A stretch of DNA of 53,617 nt from Pseudomonadota bacterium. GTDB lineage: Bacteria > Pseudomonadota > Alphaproteobacteria > Rhizobiales > Hyphomicrobiaceae. The notes under the pieces were generated by a model that saw only the letters and a program-made list of their open reading frames with translations, had not been told where the DNA came from and searched no databases. A program made the position numbers and the translations under genes. Position 1 is the stretch's first letter, and every line of letters begins with the position of its first letter. Shown here in pieces: positions 9,312 through 16,291 of the stretch. The DNA is taken from assembly GCA_039183375.1 (NCBI GenBank), contig JBCDBQ010000001.1:1-53617 (forward strand), in the 5' to 3' direction.

Positions 9312-10056
9312 CAGACAATCGGTTATGTTGTTCCCGCTTGTCGGTGATCGTTTGGCTGTCAGTAAAGAGTGCGGCGGATGCCGAGACCTCTGACTCACCG
9401 CTATCGGACGCCGCCGTCTTGCTGAGTGATTTCTTGTGTGATTACTGCTGGTGGCACTTTGGTCCTCTCCATGTCTTTGATCGCCTGAACCAAGGCACAT
9501 TGCGCGCTAGGAGATTATTTATGAAGAAGTTGCGGCTCTACAAGCGTTTCAGTTCCGGGTTTAAGGATGAAGCCTAGAAGGATCGACTTTGCATGTGACG
9601 TAAATACCGCGCCCGCGGGTCTACGCACTCGTTTCGCGGCGCGGACGACCCATAAACCAGATGGTGACAGGCGGATTGCATTCCGAAATTTCTGTGGGTG
9701 CCAAGAAAGCGCCGTTCAGCCCAATAATTACCCATAGCACTGGAGGGAAGGCCGTGCTCCGAGCCTATGCGCGTGGCAGAGAGCTTCAGATCGTCTTAAG
9801 TTCAAGCATTGATCTGTCTTGCCAATCAGCTGCTTCCGGTTGTGCCTTCGATTGTTGGATCTAATGCGTTTCATCCGATAACGGGAAGACCTGGACGACT
9901 GGGCCGTCGTCGGTGGACAATACAAGGATTGTCTCATTGTTCTAACACGCCAGCGCGAGGTCAGCGCTACGAGGCGAGTGAAGGTTCGCAATAGAGGATT
10001 AAACAAGTACCTTCCTGTCTCTCAGTCGATACATTGGAAATAGCGATCAGCAATCG

Positions 10057-10086
10057 AAAAAATGCCCGTCACGAGCGTGACGGGCA
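10057..10086 (-). terminator. Rho-independent terminator (minus strand) with no annotated gene upstream
   Basis: The minus strand reads TGCCCGTCAC-GCTC-GTGACGGGCA followed by TTTTTT (10062..10057). A second hairpin, GTTTGCT-N10-AGCAAAC, lies at 10101-10124. Confidence 0.6.
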
Positions 10087-10179
10087 ATCAGGATGTCGAG
10101 GTTTGCTACCTGGGGAGAGCAAACTCAATGACAAGATACCGTCGTGATTCGAATTGTCCATTTTGATTGATTAAACGAG

Positions 10180-10197
10180 TGTACAAAAATATGTACA
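10180..10197. promoter_or_regulatory. PpsR/CrtJ-type operator (TGT-N12-ACA)
   Basis: TGTACAAAAATATGTACA is an exact TGT-N12-ACA in an AT-rich context, 181 nt upstream of tspO. Confidence 0.55.
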
Positions 10198-10377
10198 TGA
10201 TTTCTTTTCGAGGAATCTGAGCCAGCACGTGTTTCATGCTTCGACGAACCTGTAACTCCGCATATGGCATTGTCGGCGTGGGCCTCGCAGGTTAGAGGTA
10301 GGCTGTTGGCTTCTTGATATTATTCAGCATCGCTTAGACTAAACTCTCTGCTGATACGAAAAGGGATATGGCTAACG

Positions 10378-10845
10378 ATGGAAGCTTACCTAAGCCTATT
10401 TCCGTTTCTAGTAGCTGTATTTGGTGCAGCTCTAACTGGAGCCTTCTTCATGCCTGGTGAGTGGTACAAATCGCTCAAAAAGCCAGGCTGGACCCCACCC
10501 GACTGGTTGTTCGCGCCTGCGTGGAGCGTGCTCTATATCGCGATTGCAGTTGCGGGATGGCTCGTCTGGCAGAACGAAGGGTGGGGCACTGCACTCATCG
10601 TTTGGAGCGCCAATATGGTCTTCAATGCAGCCTGGTCCTGGCTCATGTTCGGCCGACGACAGATTGGCATCGCTCTGTTTGATGCGCTGGCAATGCTTCT
10701 AACGATCATCGCATTTGTGGCTCTCACTCGAAGTACGACGCCGGTCGCCGCGATGCTCTTCTTGCCATACCTTGCTTGGGTTGCTTTTGCGTCAGTGCTC
10801 AATTACTCGATTTTTACAATGAACCACGGCCGGTCTAGCAATTGA
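10378..10845 (+). CDS. tspO: Tryptophan-rich sensory protein TspO (CrtK/MBR family)
   Basis: 155 aa with 5 TM segments and family motifs (WYKSLKKPGWTPPDWLFAPAWSVLYIAIAVAGWLVW; Trp-rich AAWSWLMF). tspO is a classical PGC member. Confidence 0.92.
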   Translation: MEAYLSLFPFLVAVFGAALTGAFFMPGEWYKSLKKPGWTPPDWLFAPAWSVLYIAIAVAGWLVWQNEGWGTALIVWSANMVFNAAWSWLMFGRRQIGIALFDALAMLLTIIAFVALTRSTTPVAAMLFLPYLAWVAFASVLNYSIFTMNHGRSSN

Positions 10846-11027
10846 CCCAGCAATAGAGCTTCTAGAGTAATGACTGTTCCGCTGCAGATCCAGACCGGGT
10901 GCCTGATAGGCGATCTTATGCAGGTTCGAGTTCCTGTTCTTCTGCGACCAGGACTTTTGCGAAAGCAGTTTCGGTCTCAGTATGACGCCCTAAACTCTGA
11001 CAAGTGTGAAGCGCAGCTTTGCCAGAG

Positions 11028-13211
11028 ATGACAAGCGTGTCTGACAGCCTGGTTCAGTATATTTGGCGGTTTAGATTTCTAACGCTGGGTTTTGCTGCAG
11101 TTCTTTTCTGCCTCGGCGGCATGGGAATCCAGCGGGTTATTTATGATCCGCACGTCCTCACGTACTTCGACCGAACATCTCCAGAGTTTCTAGAGTTCGA
11201 GAAGACGGAACAGCTGTTCGGACGCTCTAACGAGATTGTCTTTCTCGTTAAGGCCAAACAAGGCACGGTCTTCGATCCTCAAGTGTTCTCGGCGCTGCCG
11301 GTTCTCGTTCGGCGGGCGGCTGAGATCCCTGGAGTTGAAGTAGTAAGCTCAATCCTCGATGTCGCCAACGTGGAAGGACAAAGCAGTCGCGCTGTCGAGC
11401 GCGTCATTGCAAAAAGCAGCGAGACGTTTCGCGACTTCCTGTCAAAGGATGCGCAAGTCACTGCCATTGCGGCATTCGTTCCGCGCAAAATCGCAGGCGA
11501 TGCCAATGTCAGCGTTTCGGCTCGGGCGGCGCGCAACATTGCGACCAGCGTTCGGAACACATTTCCTGGCGTCGATATTCTACTAACCGGCCGGATAATA
11601 ATCGAAGACGCTTTTCAGTCGGAAGGCCAGAACGACATAATTGGACCACCAGGCATTTCGCTTCTAGTGACTACAGGCTTGTTATTGATAGCACTGAGTT
11701 CCTGGACTGCCACGGCTGCGCTCTTAACGGTGATTTTTGTTTCAACAACAGCCACCTTGGGAGCCGTTGGGTGGATTGGGATGTCGCTAAACGGGATATC
11801 GAGTTCTGCCCCCTCTGTATTAGTGGGTCTGGCTGTTGCGACTGGCGTCCATATCGTCCTAGCCTGGCAGGATTCGTTGCGTCGTGGAGCCACGCGCGAA
11901 GAGGCTGTTGCGCGGGCCGTTGCCTCAAATGCGTGGCCAGTGGTCTTGTCAGTGGCGACAACAATTGCCTCGTTTTTGTGTTTGAACTTGGCAACATCCC
12001 CACCGTTTCGCCAACTCGGAAATGTCGTGGCCTTCGGCCTCACCATAACGCTTTTACTCTGCTTCACACTTCTACCACTGCTACTGCTCATTTTGCCCAA
12101 GAGCCTGGCCACACGGCGGCGCTTCTTCGAGGTCATCATGGCGCGCCTCGGTGGCTTTGTTGCCGGCCACAAGGTCTTCTGGGCGGCGACCTGCGCTGCA
12201 ACCACGGCAGTGGCCATCTTTGGGATCAGCCAGATTACATACGATGATACCTTCAGCCATTATTTTGATGAGCGTTATGAGGTGCGTCGGGCAACTGATC
12301 TGTTCGAGGACAAGCTGACCGGAACGACAATCATATCGGCTACAGTTGCAGCTTCAGCACCAGGCTCAGCCAACTCGGAGGTTCATCGGGCGGAGGTGGC
12401 CGCGTTGGCGCAGTGGCTGATGGCACAGCCCAAGGTCGTCAAGGTCGCCACGCCCTTTTCCGGCCGGCCATCAAACCCTGGAATGGGGATGCTTGATCGT
12501 ACGACAAGCCACTCGCGGATAGAGGTCGTCTTGCGCGGTGCCAGCGCTGCGGAAACATTGGCTTTGGCTGCTAGGACTAGATCTTATGCGTCGCAGGTGG
12601 TGGATCGCCAAGTTGTTGTTACCGGCATGCCAATCCTATCGGCAAAGCTGTCGCTAGATAGTGCGCGCAGTATGATGATTGCAACAACCTTGGCGCTGTT
12701 AGTAATTTCACTCATTCTCGTGATCGCTTTGCGTAGCGTCAGCCTGGGACTGGTGAGCCTGGTCCCGAACCTCTTACCATTGCTGATGGCATTTGGCATC
12801 TGGGGTATGTTTATTGGCGAAGTGTCGTTTGCAGCAACGGTCGTTGCCGCTCTCACGTTTGGAATTGTCGTTGACGATACCGTTCATATCGTCGTCAAAT
12901 ATCAAGCGCTACGGAAATGTGGCCAAGAGCCCAACCGCGCGCTTGTTTCGAGTTTTCGCAGTGTTGGTGTTGCAGTATTCACTACAACTTTTGCCATTGG
13001 CACAGGCTTCGCAACGTTTGCGTTGTCGGGCTTCCTAGTTAATCAGCACTTTGGCCTGTTGTCGGCGCTGACACTGAGTGCGGCGCTGCTGGCAGATCTG
13101 CTATTCCTACCCCCGCTGCTGCTTTGGGTCGACAAACTCAGTCAATCCAATCCGAAACAAACCCGCTCGCCAACGGGTTCGATCGGGCATGATGACGCCG
13201 AGACACCATAG
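11028..13211 (+). CDS. MMPL/RND-superfamily exporter (COG1033-like, two 6-TM bundles with periplasmic loops)
   Basis: ~727 aa with duplicated architecture: TM1, a large loop and 5 TMs, twice. It has an SSD/MMPL-like motif (ALTFGIVVDDTVHIVVKY). The track ORF starts at TTG 11019; ATG 11028 is used here. Confidence 0.75.
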   Translation: MTSVSDSLVQYIWRFRFLTLGFAAVLFCLGGMGIQRVIYDPHVLTYFDRTSPEFLEFEKTEQLFGRSNEIVFLVKAKQGTVFDPQVFSALPVLVRRAAEIPGVEVVSSILDVANVEGQSSRAVERVIAKSSETFRDFLSKDAQVTAIAAFVPRKIAGDANVSVSARAARNIATSVRNTFPGVDILLTGRIIIEDAFQSEGQNDIIGPPGISLLVTTGLLLIALSSWTATAALLTVIFVSTTATLGAVGWIGMSLNGISSSAPSVLVGLAVATGVHIVLAWQDSLRRGATREEAVARAVASNAWPVVLSVATTIASFLCLNLATSPPFRQLGNVVAFGLTITLLLCFTLLPLLLLILPKSLATRRRFFEVIMARLGGFVAGHKVFWAATCAATTAVAIFGISQITYDDTFSHYFDERYEVRRATDLFEDKLTGTTIISATVAASAPGSANSEVHRAEVAALAQWLMAQPKVVKVATPFSGRPSNPGMGMLDRTTSHSRIEVVLRGASAAETLALAARTRSYASQVVDRQVVVTGMPILSAKLSLDSARSMMIATTLALLVISLILVIALRSVSLGLVSLVPNLLPLLMAFGIWGMFIGEVSFAATVVAALTFGIVVDDTVHIVVKYQALRKCGQEPNRALVSSFRSVGVAVFTTTFAIGTGFATFALSGFLVNQHFGLLSALTLSAALLADLLFLPPLLLWVDKLSQSNPKQTRSPTGSIGHDDAETP

Positions 13212-13238
13212 CTGCCCTGATATCAATCGCAATCATGC

Positions 13239-13412
13239 TTACACCATCAGGGTCCAAATAAGAACCGCGGTTCCCAGCACTCCAACGACCAGCCAGATTA
13301 TGATCTCTCTTAGAAAGCGCTTCTTGAGGGTTTGCGCGAGCTCTCCACTGCTTTGATTTGAGCTCTTCGGCTTAGCACTTTTCAACTTGCGGACAATGCC
13401 AGGCTTGGACAC
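13239..13412 (-). CDS. Candidate small tail-anchored membrane protein (57 aa), immediately downstream of GT2
   Basis: It is below the 60-aa track cutoff. A GTG start is preceded by GAAGGA. The sequence MSKPGIVRKLKSAKPKSSNQSSGELAQTLKKRFLREIIIWLVVGVLGTAVLIWTLMV has a basic N-terminus and a C-terminal TM helix. No homology was recognised. Confidence 0.3.
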   Translation of the reverse strand: MSKPGIVRKLKSAKPKSSNQSSGELAQTLKKRFLREIIIWLVVGVLGTAVLIWTLMV

Positions 13413-13423
13413 AATGAGATCCT

Positions 13424-14137
13424 TCAGTTGCTTGACTGGCTATTGCCGGCCATTGCTTTTCCATAGTAGAGACGGTAGAGCCACCAGGCAGGGCAGCCCA
13501 AAAGAAAAGCAACAAGTAGCAGTCCGTTGATTAGCTGTGTTCTCAGGACCCCGTGCGTTTGATATCGTCTCGCTGAAGTTTTTACCGTAGTCTTGAGCTT
13601 GATAAATCGCCCCACTGAACGAAGCCGTTTTCGGAGCGCGACATCCTCAAAGAGTGGGAGCTGAGGCATGCCGCCGACTGCCTCAAGGGCGTCACGTCTC
13701 GCGAACATGGCTTGATCACCGAACGTTGTTAGTACGCTGTCGAACTGGCTGAACCAGGCGTATGCACGCAAGGCAATGCTCGGCTGGTCGAATGCAAGCG
13801 TGAAGCATCCCCCGACAACGCCACACTCGGACATAGCTTGCCGAATAGAGTCGCCTGCGTCCGTTGGAAGATCGCTGTCAGCATGGATGATTGCAATGAT
13901 TGGTTTTGTGCTTGCTGCAATACCGCTGGCCAACTGCTGCCCGCGTCCACGTTGAGAAAGTATGAAAGTGACATCCTTGAACGATGTCGCAATGTCCCTG
14001 GTGTCATCTGAGCTTCCACCATCGCAAACGATGATCTCGTCAAAACCTGCATGCCGCACATTGTCGATTGCGGATTCCAGACGACGTCCCTCGTTGAGTG
14101 TCGGAATGACAGCAGTGACAAGTAGGTGGCTGTCCAT
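13424..14137 (-). CDS. Family-2 glycosyltransferase (TIGR04283-like small GT2)
   Basis: The N-terminal GT-A pattern is VIPTLNEGRRLESAIDNV....EIIVCDGGSSDDTRDIA ... GRGQQLASGIAAS...IIAIIHADSDLP, and there is a C-terminal hydrophobic helix. Confidence 0.8.
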   Translation of the reverse strand: MDSHLLVTAVIPTLNEGRRLESAIDNVRHAGFDEIIVCDGGSSDDTRDIATSFKDVTFILSQRGRGQQLASGIAASTKPIIAIIHADSDLPTDAGDSIRQAMSECGVVGGCFTLAFDQPSIALRAYAWFSQFDSVLTTFGDQAMFARRDALEAVGGMPQLPLFEDVALRKRLRSVGRFIKLKTTVKTSARRYQTHGVLRTQLINGLLLVAFLLGCPAWWLYRLYYGKAMAGNSQSSN

Positions 14138-14140
14138 CAA

Positions 14141-14314
14141 TCAGCGGCGCGGCTTGCGGCGCACGCGCCAGAGCTCGACTGCACACCAGAGTATTACCAC
14201 CCCAAAAAGAAGGAGAAGCTTGGCTGTGCCTAGTTCCATTTTGCCCCTTTGCCCAAACAGCAGGTTGATTGCCACGAAGACATCCGTATTGACTGCTACA
14301 GTTACGAGGTTCAT
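14141..14314 (-). CDS. Candidate small membrane protein (57 aa; or 32 aa from the internal Met) abutting the GT2 start
   Basis: Its TGA stop lies directly before the TTG-ATG start of the GT2 gene. The internal start MELGTAKLLLLFGVVILWCAVELWRVRRKPRR is preceded by AGGGG. There is a single TM helix. The call is speculative. Confidence 0.25.
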   Translation of the reverse strand: MNLVTVAVNTDVFVAINLLFGQRGKMELGTAKLLLLFGVVILWCAVELWRVRRKPRR

Positions 14315-14394
14315 CGCAGTTGGATCAGTTGCTTAGGGCTGTTGGCCCCTCAAAGGCCAAGCTCTCGCCAGCGATCATAGCTCTCAAAGTGATA

Positions 14395-14407
14395 CAATAT
14401 AATATTG
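14395..14407. promoter_or_regulatory. 13-nt perfect palindrome CAATATAATATTG in the GT2/SRPBCC divergent region
   Basis: Seen directly, 63 nt upstream of the 14470 start. It is not a TGT-N12-ACA site. It could be an operator or just AT-rich promoter DNA. Confidence 0.25.
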
Positions 14408-14469
14408 CCTCTGGGGACTGATTGGCAGACCGACCCCTTATCCAGCCTTCAACAGTGTAGTGCCCAGAA

Positions 14470-14943
14470 ATGACCAGCTTGATCTCAATTCGCGCGACAT
14501 ATGCAAGCGATCCAGATCGAACATTCGCTGATGCCCGCAGCTTTGAGAGGTTGCGGGACGTCATGCGCGGACTTGCGGCATATGACGGCCTGCCGTGCAC
14601 CGGCCAATTGGTTGAGGGCAAAACGTACTGCACAGATATTTGGTTTTGGGGGCTGTTTCCGGTTCGAAACCATACAATCCATGTCGTCAAAGTCGACGTT
14701 GCCAAAAGACATTTGATTACCTCCGAAAGGCATGCCGGGATCCGGACATGGACGCACAGTTTGACGGTTGAGAGCGCCGATGGCGAAACTGTCTGGCTTG
14801 ATCAGATATGGATCGATGCTGGGTTTCAGACCGCTCTGGTGGCAAGGTACGCTCAGTATGTGTACGTCCGAAAACATCGCAGACAGGGTGCATTAACCGC
14901 GACAAGCATGATCAAGAGGCAAATCGCAGCGAATTTGTACTAA
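14470..14943 (+). CDS. SRPBCC (START/polyketide-cyclase-like) family protein, function unknown
   Basis: 157 aa with a beta-rich pattern and a C-terminal helix (..IRTWTHSLTVESADGETVWLDQIWIDAGFQTALVARYAQYVYVRKHRR) resembling SRPBCC ligand-binding proteins. It was preferred over the overlapping minus-strand ORFs, which have low-complexity Arg/Pro/Ser composition. Confidence 0.5.
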   Translation: MTSLISIRATYASDPDRTFADARSFERLRDVMRGLAAYDGLPCTGQLVEGKTYCTDIWFWGLFPVRNHTIHVVKVDVAKRHLITSERHAGIRTWTHSLTVESADGETVWLDQIWIDAGFQTALVARYAQYVYVRKHRRQGALTATSMIKRQIAANLY

Positions 14944-15143
14944 CAAACTAAGTCATTGATATATATATTTTTTTATTTCCAGTTCCTAAGCAAACACTCG
15001 CGCAAGACACAACGAGGCTTGCTATTGTACCGGTGCCATTTGTAGGCAGTATAGTTATCGCGCTAAACTGGTGCGGTGGGATATGGAGTCGACGTCATAT
15101 TAGAAGGATCTGATACCGACGCGCAATCTAACGGAGAAGTGGA

Positions 15144-15311
15144 ATGCAGCAGCTGCATCAGAATTTGCCAGTAACGAAACCGCGACTAATAATGAGGTCG
15201 AGAAACACTTCCATTGCGAGCTGGGAAGTGCTCAGCGAATTTCAAACACGTTGGAATTGCGTCACATTGTGCTTACTGATCTTGATCGCCGTAATAGCGG
15301 TTGCGACATAG
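15144..15311 (+). CDS. Candidate small tail-anchored membrane protein (55 aa)
   Basis: ATG is preceded by GGAGAAG. MQQLHQNLPVTKPRLIMRSRNTSIASWEVLSEFQTRWNCVTLCLLILIAVIAVAT has a C-terminal TM helix. It is below the track cutoff and no homology was recognised. Confidence 0.25.
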   Translation: MQQLHQNLPVTKPRLIMRSRNTSIASWEVLSEFQTRWNCVTLCLLILIAVIAVAT

Positions 15312-15642
15312 TAAATTTCTCTGATCCACAATTCAAATCAGCTGCTTAGTCCGTGCCTTTGCACCGTCGAGCTTGGTCCAGGCGATCGTATTCGCGTTAC
15401 CGCTAACCTTGGTTTTCCTCGCAAGCAGGATTGACCGCGTCCGTCTTGGGATCAAGATACGCGTCTATCCGTTATTAGTGATCTGAGATTTCCACCGTCA
15501 CGTAGTTGTAATGCGCGATGTGGACGAACCGCCCTTGCAGTTCCACTTCCGCCAGTGAAACTGCTGAAACAAGTGCGCTAACGTCTAGACGAGTGCAATT
15601 ACAGAAACGCCGACCGAGCTCCAGGGAATATAGGGTATCCGC

Positions 15643-16131
15643 ATGAACATTTGGAAATTCGCCGCCGCAATTGGAATATCAACACTGATGTTATTCTCAA
15701 CGTCTGTGGGGTCGATTGCTGGTGAGACCCACGTGGTCGAAATGCTGAACAAGCACCCAACAGATAAGAAAAAGCGGATGGTCTATCTTCCCGCAGTCGT
15801 TTACGCGAAGCCGGGAGATACCATTAAGTTTGTGTCTAAATCGAAGGGGCACAACGTAGAGAGCATGAAAGGCATGCTGCCAGATGGGGCCGAAAAGTGG
15901 AAAAGCAGGCTCAGCAAAGACTTCGAACTAACACTCTCCAAGCCTGGCGTTTATGGATACCGCTGCACACCGCACTACGGTGCAGGCATGGTCGGGCTGA
16001 TCGTCGTCGAAGGTGATGGCGTGAAAGAAACGCTGGAGACTGCCAAAAAGGTACGCACAGTTGGACGAGCAAAGCGTGTGTTCAAGGAATTGTTCGCTGA
16101 GGTTGAGGCTAAGCTAGCGAGCGGTTCTTAG
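15643..16131 (+). CDS. Pseudoazurin (type-1 blue copper protein), periplasmic
   Basis: It has a signal peptide (..STSVGSIAG/ETH). The cupredoxin core closely matches known pseudoazurins (HVVEMLNK...PGDTIKFVSKSKGHNVESMKGMLPDGAEKWKSRL...PGVYGYRCTPHYGAGMVGLIVVEG). The Cu ligands are H (GHNVE) and C-x2-H-x4-M (CTPHYGAGM). Confidence 0.92.
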   Translation: MNIWKFAAAIGISTLMLFSTSVGSIAGETHVVEMLNKHPTDKKKRMVYLPAVVYAKPGDTIKFVSKSKGHNVESMKGMLPDGAEKWKSRLSKDFELTLSKPGVYGYRCTPHYGAGMVGLIVVEGDGVKETLETAKKVRTVGRAKRVFKELFAEVEAKLASGS

Positions 16132-16258
16132 GACAGACCGAACTGGACGAGCTCCCCACGTGTGGGCTCACAGTCCGCATTGCACAGCTGCCCTCGCTAT
16201 TGGTTGTCGCACGACAGAAACTTGGGTCGCTTATTGAGCAAATAATAGAGGCCTGCTT

Positions 16259-16291
16259 CTACCAAAACTGCCGTGGCATTCGCCACGGCAG
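16259..16291 (-). terminator. Rho-independent terminator embedded in the last codons of crtC; possibly bidirectional (convergent with pseudoazurin)
   Basis: The minus strand reads CTGCCGTGGC-GAAT-GCCACGGCAG-TTTTGGTAG: a perfect 10-bp stem and a 4-nt loop, with a T-run that runs into the crtC stop codon. Confidence 0.55.

Noticed and set aside
8390-10056. Genes in the gaps flanking the CBS gene: 8574-8765 (plus), a 43-codon minus-strand frame (8646-8777, MSLALTEGTIITYALETAAPIKGFDEVKSCYAPLSRSTFAMHR, faintly AlpA/excisionase-like at ..LSRST..), 9338-9577, 9661-9864, 9728-10006, and a 17-codon ORF with a strong AGGAG at 9521
   Set aside because: All are short, mutually overlapping and without family signatures. 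The HTH-like frame ends prematurely. They may be decayed island genes, but none can be supported as a functional CDS from sequence alone.
11615-12217. A 200-aa minus-strand ORF, and similar long antisense ORFs (e.g. 36476-36988, 35744-36280, 42206-42793, 49004-49513, 24347-24943, 22362-22754)
   Set aside because: All lie antisense to or out of frame within genes with unambiguous family motifs (MMPL, bchL, bchM, bchB/N, pucC-like, bchZ, bchY). They have Arg/Ser/Pro/Ala-rich composition typical of spurious frames in GC-rich coding DNA.
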